From assembly GCA_976226885.1 (NCBI GenBank), contig OZ320314.1:104222001-104286000 (forward strand): a stretch of DNA of 64,000 nt, in the 5' to 3' direction. The DNA is from Iphione sp. A-MEVVRFRX5. Taxonomy: Eukaryota. The translations under genes were made by a program, and so were the position numbers. The notes below the pieces were generated by a model. It did no database searches and was not told the DNA's origin. It was given only the letters and a program-made list of their open reading frames with translations. Shown here one piece after another: positions 38,530 through 49,607 of the stretch; the stretch's first letter is position 1, and each line of letters starts with the position of its first letter.

Positions 38530-39206
38530 ATCAATTTCAATTCAATTTCAATCTTTATATTGAGCACTAACATCACATAAGTATATATGTATTTTCAGAA
38601 TAGCACTCAGGAACCACATAGCATTACTCATCACTATATTACTATTATTATTATATCATCTGCATATATTATCATATCAGAGGGGAATGCACTTTCAAAA
38701 ACATCATTAGTCATGATTAGAAATAGCCAGTGTCCTAAAATGGACCCCTGGGGGACCCCAGTTGTTATTTGCTGGTCATCCTAGATAAAGTTATTACATC
38801 TCATCCGTTGTTTCCTACCATTCAAATACCCTTCAAACCAGTTACACACCTTCTCTTCAAAGCCAACCCTCTTTAATTTCTCCACTACTAACTTGTGATT
38901 AACTAAATCAAAAGCCTTACTCATGTCTAACAATCCCATTGCTACATATTTCCCATTAACTATATAATCCCAAATGTTTTTTAATAGTAACCCACATGCT
39001 GTTGGAATCCCCCTAGCTTTCCTAAAACCAAACTGATTTTTGTTAAACTTCCCATTTAATTCCATACTCCTGCCTACCTGATCTAATACTACTCTTTCTA
39101 GACATTTACTAGGGGCTGGTAATAATGATACAGGTCTTTAATTAGACATCAATCTTCCTACCTTTTTGTGCAATGGCACTACAGTGGCTATTTTCCAGTC
39201 CCAGTC
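38530..39206 (-). mobile_element. 5'-truncated, internally deleted non-LTR retrotransposon (CR1/L2/Crack-type), RT pseudogene fragment
   Basis: The minus strand reads DWKIATVVPLHKK...N*RPVSLLP..SKCLE...NQFGFRK...LLDMSKAFDLVNH...WFEGYLNGRKQR...*...TGVPQGSILG..LFLI.TND...IYADD, with two in-frame stops. It then passes quickly to an AATATAAAG(ATTGA)n-like 3' tail at 38530-38560. Confidence 0.93.
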
Positions 39207-40643
39207 CTTAATCAAACCGACCCTACCTTGAACGTTGAATGTAAGATGTCTATTTTTGACATCCTGCGAGTGCTTTTGAATAATGGTTAAGAAGATTACA
39301 TTCTAAAGTAAAGAATTCTACAGGCTGCAGGATGCAGTTTCCTGACTATATTGAATCAGGTTGACATCAATCCTCCGGGTCAAGAGCTCTGCTATTGCTC
39401 CAGCGGGATGGAGATGTAACCAGAGCATTGAATGTTGCGTTCCCCATAGCGACCTCAAGCGGCTTCTCTGCGGTTGACTGTGACTTTATTTCCACACCTG
39501 ACTACAAGTACACGCAACCTAGACGAGGTATACTTCCCTTCAAACTGGCCTATTAGATCAATGCCCATGGTCATACCTTGCAATGTCAACTGTTCTACTT
39601 TTCATACCCACACCTAACAACAGCAGATTACCTTAATGCAAATCACTGACGTTCCTAATTCGAATGGAAAACGTGACGTATGCAAAGAGCAGGCTAGGCT
39701 TAAAGCCGCAACTTTGATAAACAAATATGCATTACCTTGTGATTCAGTTTATCTGTCATTGCTCGTTGACATTTCAATGGCAATGCTTTCGTTATGAAAG
39801 TATGACTGCAGTTGTAATTATCAAATTCACATGAGGGCTGTGACACACATTTCTGATGGCTGAGTGCGTTGTATATCAAAGTAGAGTAACCTAGATTATC
39901 CAAACTGTTCCGTGCGTTGTTTGATCACCTTGATTTTGAAGAGTCAAATATAAACGGAAAGTGGACAGACGGACAAAGAGGGCAACTTCATGTCGGGTAT
40001 TACAAAGTTAATTATTTGATACACTCTTGAAACAACCAGAAAATACAACCAGAAATCATCTACAGGGTCCAAATTCTTTACTTGAGATGGTTTTTCATTG
40101 GCGCTTCTAAAGACGGGATAAAAGCTACTGATGACTTGTATTGTTCGTTAGAGTCAGCTCTCCGTACTTTTTATTCTACTCCGTATCAGCCGTCACCTGC
40201 CCTCTCCATAGCCCCGCCGTTTTATAGCTGAGGACCCTGCAATCAGATGTATTGTTTGCAGCCGCCTTTATGTGTCTACCGGCTTGCCTCTTAGAAAGTA
40301 GGAAATTGTTCAGAGTGCGTACATCTGCCCATCACATGCAGCGAAGCAGGCACGCTGCAACACACGAAGTTTGTTGATATTACTGTAGTACATTACCGTT
40401 TTTTTCATAGAATACACAATCAAAATATATGCTGATACAGTTTTGTCATTTACGTGTATTAATTTGGTGTTTAAAGTATTAGATGTGCGATGATCTGGTT
40501 CCATCCGCTCAAAATTGAAATTCAGTTCTCTATATGTGTACATGTTACAAGTGTTGTAGGATTTATGATACCAATATGCCGTAAGGGGGCGATTGTTGGT
40601 ATGTTATGAGTCACCCAGATATGAAATATGTCACCTTCTATAA

Positions 40644-41323
40644 CTGAATTTCAATTTTGAAGTCGTAAGATGTGTCCTTCGAGAGCAGAGCATCATGGAT
40701 AGCTTTTGTAAGAAATATGAAGAGAAGCACAACTGCAGGAGAGTACCATGTAATTCTCCAGAAGTTGTTTGGGGCATTTCAAGCAATGCTGTTAAGAGAA
40801 TCGAGGTAGACAAGCGATTTGAGTGGATCGAGTCGATGATCCACGCTTTGATGGTGAGCAGCTTAGTTCCTCAATAGAAGGCCATGAGCGATGTTGAGAG
40901 TGATGAGAGTTCTTCCTCGGAAAGCAATGTTGAGGAGAAGAAAAGAAGGACAAGAAAGGAAAGAAATCGAAGAAATTTTCGATTTCTGGCGTTCTGGATA
41001 ATGATAATTTCACTATCCCTAAATCTTTTCGTTTTTGTATGGCCACATGGTTCAAGTTTGGGAAATGAAGGCATTATATTAGTGAAAACCAGCTGGTTTT
41101 GTCTTACCATGATGGCAAGAAGCATCTTATTTCGTCTTACGACCAGTTCATGCATTTAAAGCGTAAAAGGATTCATGATTTCTCACCTACTATGAGACGA
41201 TATCCTCTCGTGATTCAGGAGAGGAGGGGCAACCTTAATTTCTGGTTGTGGTGTGGATATCTCTTTTACAAAATTAAGAGGGAACTGGAAAGCTTGGTCT
41301 GTATTGAAGTACATCAACTTTGA
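40644..41323 (+). pseudogene. Unassigned decayed coding-like region
   Basis: One frame is open for about 170 codons with a single TAG (40875-40877) and includes SDVESDESSSSESNVEEKKRRTRKERNRR. A second overlapping frame (about 40985-41323) has one stop. No family recognised. Confidence 0.25.
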
Positions 41324-42786
41324 TTTTGCCAAAATATTGTCTAGTAAGGAAAGTGTTGTACCTTATCTGTGACTGGGTTTCCCCCATTTCCCTTATTGTC
41401 GTATGTACAAGACATATATATTGTAAAATTTATTTTCTTAATACACGTATATGTCATAATAGGGTAAATGTTGTTATGTTGTGAGTCGCCTAGCAAGGAG
41501 ATGTGTCACCTTCCATTTCAAATCCTATTATTTATGTTTTTGTAATAAAGGTGTGCCTTTTCCCCACTTCCTTTGTTGTTGTTGTGTGTAAGACATATAT
41601 ATATAATCACACACATGTTGACAAATGATATAACATCGAGTGAAACTTTCAATCTTCTTGACTTGAAAATCGACCTTGCATCGGTAGAGATGGCCAGCAG
41701 GTTAGGATGAATACCACTACAGTCAATAACTCTCAGTGGCCACTTCACACGTCCAGGCCAGCCCGTTCGCCGATACACGACCCATTTCGTCACGTGTGGG
41801 AGAGAGGTAAGAGACAACTGGTTGGGAACGAGAGAGCACGGCGGTTTTGTTTCCGCATAACCCACGACAGCGACGTGGAGAAGAAACCGGGTGACGCCGC
41901 TCGTAGGATCAAGCAAGCAGTCCGAAGGGAATATGCGCCCCTCGTAGGTCGCGTCACTAGCGGCAGGCGCCCGTGGGAGGAGGTGGCCCTTGTAGGAGGC
42001 TGTTGTAAGATCCTGTTGTACGCTGGCGCCAGGCCCGGTGAGGTGGAGAGCGGGCGTTAAGTAGCGTAGTAGATGCCAGGTGGTCGATGGGCCCCGCTAC
42101 TCGCGGCGAAAGGATTAGCGTGAGTGAGGCCAGAAGGAGGACGAGGAGGAGGAGGAAAAGAATGACGAGGAGGAGAAGGAGCAGGCCGATAGTGGGGTTG
42201 GGTGCACAGGGTGGGACGGGGGAGCGTGCTAACAGTCTGAAATAGGAAGGTGAAATAGGACAGGGGTAGAAATCTTTTTGGTACGGTTAGGCCTCTTTTC
42301 CATATGTGTGAGACCATCTGTGTGCATGACCGTCCGTGACAGTGACCATGCATACAGCATCCATTGTTCATTTTTAGGAATGCCCTATAATTTCATGTAT
42401 AGACGCATGTTCCTGGACAGTAAGATAGGGAGATGGAGGTTTTCAGCCGGAAAGACACTTTCTATCATATGATAGATTATATGAAATATCTAATTTTCAT
42501 ATATTTTGGCTAAAAACTCAGTTAGACGCATTTGACAGGAGTTCTATGAGACCTGCACAAAACACACAAACATACAAGAGATAGCCTTTGAATCATGCAC
42601 TGGCACACACTGTGATTCATGGATGGTGAAGGATACCTCTGTGTGAGGCCTTCCGGAGAAATGCTTCCGCATGGTCATGCACCCTGACACCTTCGGCACC
42701 CTCTCGCAGATATAGAAACCAGGCCTTATACGGTTGAAGTGATGGAAAGAGCCGGTATGAATATCTGCGTGTTTGGATGTGTGCAA

Positions 42787-42793
<7 letters not shown>

Positions 42794-42842
<49 letters not shown>
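42794..42842. repeat. (AG)n microsatellite
   Basis: Read directly. Confidence 0.95.
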
Positions 42843-42846
<4 letters not shown>

Positions 42847-42986
42847 GGGGAGGGAGAGAGAGTTGACGGGAGGCTTAGAACCAGGTACTGTGGCAAGCAG
42901 ACAAATTTGAAATATACGACTTGATAGAAACAGGTAGAATGATATGGACGAGAGAGATGGAGAAAGAGAAGATACAATGCAAATTA

Positions 42987-43335
42987 GGCCCAAAAAATAG
43001 TTGTGTTTCTGGTAACGACCACCCAAAAACCTAGGTAGGAAAAGGGGGTATCTTTTTATTTTAATTTTCTTTCCACTTTCTTCTTGTGGTTTCCAATAAT
43101 AATAAAGATAATATGAAGAATTTTGACCAGTTTGTAGTTTTTTGCTGAATTTCCATGGATTGTATTGTTTTTCTACTGAATTTATCAAAAACATCTGCTG
43201 GGAAAACACACATCTAAGAAAATTCAGCCTTGGAAACTCTTTGGGGCCAAAAATGTTTCAGGTATGGTGAGGTTTTACTAGGTAGGGTTGGGTTACCAGA
43301 AACACACCTATTCTTTTTTTTGGGGGGAGGGGGGC
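42987..43335 (-). mobile_element. PIF/Harbinger-like MITE, inverted paralogue of 23345-23693
   Basis: TTA|GGCCCAAAAAATAGTTGTGTTTCTGGTAAC ... GTTACCAGAAACACACCTATT...GGGC|TTA, with identical TTA on both flanks. Confidence 0.78.
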
Positions 43336-44712
43336 TTATGAGAATCAGGTTGTGCTTGCAAAGATTATGGAAACAAATGGACGCACGTTAAGAAATGTCA
43401 CGCGATAGGAACTTAGCCACCGAAGCATAGAATACACTTGTTGAGCTTGGATATCTGTGTAATGGGAGAACGCAGGTCAGCTCTTGTAACATTATTGCCT
43501 GTCAACGTACGATGGCAACGTATAGTCACGATTTTAAAATGATAAAAGGAGCATCCATCTAGTGTGCAGGTAGTTGTCGTGCAAGTGCATCACAGTCTGC
43601 ACATAATTGTTGTGTCTTTTTTAAAACTTCACGCAAATGAACCACCACTGCCACCTAACACAGACCTTGGCAGGTTACAATCTTTCCGTCTGGCGGCAAT
43701 TATGTCCAGTTTAAGGCATCCGTGGTATAAGAGAATGCACTGGGCACTTTTGAATAATGTACAGATCACGGGACTTTGAAGATTAGGTGACAATAAAGAC
43801 GGCTGTGGACTTAGACCCTGAGCATACTTTAAGATATATTCGAACGAGAGAAGAGCCGATAAATGCAGTTTTATTCACGGTTGTCTTACAGTTTTCGCAA
43901 GCGCCATTAACTGCAAGTTCTTTCGTCCTTCACATGAGACTATCATCGTCTCCGACACGTTCCGACGGTGTCCTATATGACATTGGTTTCGCAGAGAATA
44001 CCACAGGAGCATATCGAGTTGCGCCATGCACCAACCGCAAATACATGCACATGTATGTTATACATGTATGCAGTAGAAACCACTCCAGTCCGAACACCTT
44101 CTCATCAGGGCATCTCTACGTTGTATGCATCCGAGAGACGGAAACGACCCTATCAATCCACGTTGAAATACATCTGCTATTCGGGACATTCCTCGTAATA
44201 GAGAGATTTGGCTAGTCCTTTTGCTGTGCATTTTACTGAGATTACACTGTATGTATGAACAATCGGGCGTGGTGCCGGGCCGCCTCACGTATTCATTATG
44301 GATTCCTGTGGAAACTGAACTGACGTCACCATGGAGGTCTTCTGTGTAGAAGGAGCATCTGTCAGCCTGTTACTCTCCTTGCAGAGAGAGTTAGAGTGCA
44401 TGAGTTGAAATCAAAGAAGGCTAATCACACATTTACGTCATATTGATATTTTATGCCCTATTTAGGCCATCCTGATTGCCAGAAATAGGGTTTTCAGTAT
44501 ATAGGACTTTCATATAAATCATGATTTAGTACTGCCAGCCAAACTCAAGAATTTGATTTGTAGCTTTGTCTGTTATAATGGTAACCATAATCATGACACC
44601 CAGTCAAATGTTATGTGTTATTGAGTAAAGTTCACTAAAATTTCATAAATTTACATAATTTCCAATAAAACAACAATAAATGTTTACTTTAAAAAATACC
44701 TAATTACAGAAA

Positions 44713-45003
44713 TATTGAGGAAGTGATTTGCTGTATTTTCATGTAAAGATTAGTTAGATGTTTGGAAATGGTCATGTCTTATCAATATCTGTGATGTCAT
44801 ATGTTCTTTGTCAAAATGGCCCACCTTTGACATTAATGAGATCATTGATGTAGGAGTGTAGAATGTTGACATGTCCTGGTAACAATACTTATGAATTAGT
44901 CAAAATTTTAGTTGCTTTGTATCCTTATCAAATAAGATAAGATTTATGTACATAACAAAATGTAAGTTTGTATAGTATTGAGGAAGTGATTTGCTGTATT
45001 TTC
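44713..45003. repeat. Perfect 28-bp direct repeat, 263 bp apart
   Basis: TATTGAGGAAGTGATTTGCTGTATTTTC at 44713-44740 and 44976-45003. Confidence 0.9.
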
Positions 45004-47703
45004 TAGGTAGGAGTTTAATTTCGCATCTTTTGGAATACAAAATCATAGGCAGCTGTCCCCTAAGGCCATACAGACACCAAGGGAAGATTATTCTATTGGC
45101 TGGCGTAATCCCGCGTGTACTGACTATAACTGAGCATGTGATCATTTGTACGTGGCCAGTGCATGGGAATGTCATCTTTGTGACCCACAACGGATAGGTG
45201 CAAGTGAATAAAACGCCCTGGGAGGCTGCATGGTCCGCGGTCAGAACCGCACCGGGTGATGGATGGCCGTAAAATATTCATTTTCCAACGGGGACCAGTT
45301 AGTGTGGGTTTTGATTGCCAGTGACTCAGGCCAGCGTGGAGCCCCTCGGACCACATGGCCACTGCCCCGCGAGCTACTGAGAAGGTTAGTGACTCTGCCC
45401 CCCCAACCGCCCAAAACCAAACCGCCACATATGTCAGTTTCCCAACAGGCCGTTCCCATGATAGCTTTAAAAGGGGGATAAACTAAGGCACGAGAGGCCA
45501 TGGCGGAGCCGGACGTACTCATTAATTCCCTCCAGAATGTCTACTTTTTGTGTCTGTTTAACCTTACTTCAATATTTATCATACCCAGGTACGTCCCTGA
45601 TAGCTTCCACAACCAGGTTTCCTGACTACCCACATAAAATTTCAAAATTTCCTATGCAGGGTGGCTCCTAAAGACATTTATAGAATGGATTCGTGACAGC
45701 ATGTGTAATTATTTACATACAAACATGCATACAGCTATTTGCTTCGCGAAGTGCAGTCCTATCTGGTTAAATAGGCCTCAAGAAGAGGCCAACTACGCGA
45801 CAAACGGGCAGCAGTAGTACATTGCCTTTTTTTGAACTTTTATTTATCCTGGTTATCCATATGGTACCAGCTCTTGTACTACAAAATAGAGTCCATTCTT
45901 AACATTACTATGTACAGTCATAGATATATTTACAATATATACAACAGATATTCGAGTCAGAAGACAGTTGGCTAAATTTCGGTTCTATGAATGCTATTTA
46001 CATATGTGTGTTTAATAACTGCGTCCTTTAATGTAGAGATATGCTATGTTCAAGATGATATATACGATAGTGACGACATAAACCATTCCTTAGAGTAGAT
46101 CTCGTATGATCTCCTATGTCAGATTTAAGAAACTCTCCAGTGTTCCTTGGTCATTCGAGCATGCTTTCTGACAAACGGCGAAATTGTCATAAGACTTTGT
46201 AGACTGTTGCTCTTTGCGGAGTATCCCTATATTTCTTTCTCTTCACCAATGTGTCCTTCCAAAACTGGCCACAATAGGGGGCGGTTGTCATTCATAAGTA
46301 ATATCATTAATCTATAAATTACTACACCACACCACGTGAACTAAAACATCAAATAACCATTGGTGTGAAGATTAAATTAATAGCGTCGTACAGGAGTACA
46401 AAGGTATGCTTCTCTACGCAGAACGGTTTACACAATACGTCGCTATTCCTGTGCCAAATGAACCGATGTGATTTAGTCTTCCGAAAGCACGACTAGTGAA
46501 CCATAATTATACTGGTTTGATAATTGTTTTAATCGCATGTTCCTCATGTTTCCTCGACTATAGCGGTCTTGGCAGAAGGTATCCACCAGTAGCAAATTTT
46601 GTAATTTATCTCACTGTGGGGCCCTTTTAGCAAAACCTGTAACACAGACCAGTGGAACCTAAGGCAGTGTTCACATGTATGTGGACGAAAAATCCGGCCC
46701 CACGTGTGGTTGCGGATATCCCCCCTGCAGAGATTGCTAGTTGATTGCCTTCATATTGTCACCAGATGCATTTTACTATGGACGCCTGTGAAATCCGTGT
46801 CCTTATGCAAACCAAACCCGTCCCAGACAGTTTGACATCTGCAGCTGTATGCAGATGCAGAAGAATCAGCCTATATGTGAATGCTCCAAATGATAAGCAT
46901 TGGCTTAAAAAATAAATGCCCATGTACGGGTGCAGAGCAGAAAAAAAACCCTGACACATGTGAAACGGCCATAACTACTGTGAGAGGATCATTCTATCCA
47001 CAGTAGGGGATGTCTTCAGTAGCAGAAAATGAAGTTAACATGTACATGTTGTATTGGCCTGGAGTAGTATTCTCCAAAGCAAGGGCTGCCCACAGGGGCC
47101 GGTTGTCTGCTAGCAAGGTCTCCACTATAGTGGAGGTGTTCAGGCAAGGAGGAATAAGTATGAATCTTTTGTGTACCAGAGAGGGCATCATTGTTATGTG
47201 TGTGGCATGCAATGCGTGTTTTTCTATATGTCCTCAGTGAGGAGAGCATTAAGTATATTCTAAACAACGTAACGATGATCCACATATAGTTCAGGTTATG
47301 TAAAACGTTTCAAGAGACAAGGTATTTCTTATCCATTTATGACCAACACTGGGAGAGCGTAGCTGTCGATTAACCCAGGGCTGACATTAGGTCATTCTAG
47401 GGGCTAAGGTAAGACCCGTAGGTGATAGATGGTGGCTTCAGGGTCGCCCCTATTATAATGTATTCGTCATAAGTAAAGGACTTGGTCTCCTGACAGTTAA
47501 TTAGATTCTTTTTCTTCCAAAATGATTGCGAAACAGGTGTAATCTGCTGATTCTCTCATTACTCATTTTTCAGTTATGCAAGGGCGACCACAGCTTCGTT
47601 AAAAAATGGTGATGTCACTATCAAACAGGAAGTAATAGGTTCATTTCTTATCATTGCTGACAAAGGAAACTAACTGCACAGACGTGTAACTCCTGTATAC
47701 ATA

Positions 47704-47882
47704 CAGTTGACATTCACGTAGGGGAACCAAGATTGGGACTAAACGATTTTGGTCTCTCACCCCAGTTTGTCTCCCCTGCATGTTGATTACTAGTGTAGAA
47801 ATGGAGTCTAAGACTTGAAGATTTTGGTCTCACCCCTGGGTTGGCCTGCCCTGTGGGTTGGCCTTTGGGTGAGTCTCAACTA
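47704..47882. mobile_element. Short TA-flanked MITE
   Basis: TA|CAGTTGACATTCAC ... GTGAGTCTCAACTA|TA (imperfect TIR). The internal motif GATTTTGGTCTC occurs twice. Confidence 0.6.
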
Positions 47883-49224
47883 TATATAAGTTACCTTCGT
47901 CAGGGATCCTATTCATGGACTGTGTGGTTATGAAGGATGCATGTCATGTACATCCAGGAAGACGCCCACAATAACTCCTCAGGAGCTGACATCCACCCTA
48001 AGGGGTCTCTCCAAGTTAAATCACTAAACTGGCAATCACCAGCTGGTTGCAGATCATTCCCAAGGCGGCCAACATGACAAGAAAAATAAGTACACGGTAC
48101 ATTCAGACCTATGAAACATACAAACATGGGACTATTTCAGGAAAAAAATTGTGGAAGACGGTTCGCGCAATAAACCTGAAATACGAGAACGAAAGGTTGT
48201 ACACGTCATTATGTTAAATATGCAAGCTCTAAAAAAATATTGTAAATATAGCTGATATGGCAGTATGAACAATAGACGGACTGCATCATAGTCGTACATC
48301 TGCGTATGTTTCGCATACAGTTGTACATGCACAAGTATATTTTTGTGCGCCATCTCTTGCACACATGCCAACCAGGGCTCCCAGTTCCCTTATTCTCTTT
48401 TTACATGATTTCGAAACTTCCCAATTTGTCTTCTGAGGAAACGCCAGCTTTGCCAGTAAACTGCAGAATGCTGATGTTTTCATGAGAATCATCATTATGT
48501 TCTCTAAAACTGATTTGATTGCTTGGTCGCAGAATACAATCCAATAACAACAAATGCCGCCTAGAGATCATACAAACATAATGTTTATGTCTGAACCTAC
48601 ATCAGTCCCGGAAGACCCGTAGAACTTTATGGAGCAAGTATTAACTGCCAAGTTCCTTTGTAGTTTTTTTACCTCCACCTAAATTTGTTTTTGTAACTTT
48701 ATCGCTACGGACAACAGTAAGTTAGCGAGGTAAGTTTTGACTGGGGGGCGGGGGAACGGTAAGCTTGTTAACTTGCACAAGACATGTGATGAGCGGCAAT
48801 GTGGTATAAAGGCTTCAAAAAGACCGGTATGCATGTAAGTATTTTGCAATATGGTATTGCGTGTGACATGTCACTTGTTATCTGTTCTAAATTTTTTATG
48901 CTTGTGTTTCATCTGGTGACATAAAAGGTTTTTTCGTCTCTCTTACATCGTGATATAACGCTCGTGTTACGCATGTTTCATGCTTATGAACATCAAAAAG
49001 CAACTAAGATAATTCTGAGATAGCGAATCTGAATTTCATAGGGATTGATTAGAAAGAAACAATATTATATGAGTGTAGCAAGGAAGACTGCAATTACAAA
49101 GCAATGAGCCCGCCAAAAGGATATCTTATGATAAAACGAGAGGTCTCTGGCGCCTCTAAACGAAAATCTTACGTGTCTTTTTTAATATCTAGCCATGTAG
49201 AGTGGTTCCTATGTAAATAGCAGG

Positions 49225-49607
49225 CATTGATTCCAGCGATTATGTCGATTATATGGGAATTGTAGAAATTCGAAAACAGATTGATCACTGTTTCTGGCAA
49301 TTTTGTTCGAATTTCGGATTTTTCAGATTTTGAATTGTGGCCTAAGGCCACTATTGGTGGGATGTTGGAGGGAAGGTCTAGTCTGGAAATATTCTCCACT
49401 CCTGCATCACTGTCTACCAAGTAAATATATATCCAAAAGGTGCTGAGTTTGATGAGTCCCCAATACCCCTCACACCTGAGACAGTGAATAACCCCTTAAA
49501 TGCTCTGTTAGAGAGGAGTGGTCGCCCTAACACCTCTACCAACACCTGAGATAAATTTAAGGATTCGGCCATCTTATTCGGATTCATTATCTGACTGGAA
49601 TTCACTG
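49225..49607. mobile_element. Degenerate TA-type MITE with one remnant unit of the 31-bp minisatellite
   Basis: Right end CTGACTGGAATTCACTG|TA. The left end CATTGATTCCAGCGATTATG matches its reverse complement loosely. ATCCAAAAGGTGCTGAGTTTGATGAGTCC lies at 49431-49459. Confidence 0.45.

Noticed and set aside
39490-39600. Minus-strand GIDLIGQF, resembling the start of a Gypsy/Ginger integrase core
   Set aside because: A single short motif. No downstream D...E residues or LTRs were found.
42544-43209. 221-aa ORF on the minus strand
   Set aside because: Runs through a MITE and an (AG)n tract. No coherent protein features.
43787-44215. 142-aa ORF, and similarly 49801-50259 (152 aa) and 41518-41916 (132 aa)
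   Set aside because: No recognisable domains or codon bias. A few ORFs of this length are expected by chance in six frames of 64 kb.
45835-46300. Possible 3' end of a LINE (minus strand, AATAAA and A-rich end near 45835)
   Set aside because: The protein resemblance is too vague to call without a profile search.
48615-48623. ACCCGTAGA, the miR-99/100 seed region
   Set aside because: The rest of the mature sequence does not match and no hairpin partner is visible.
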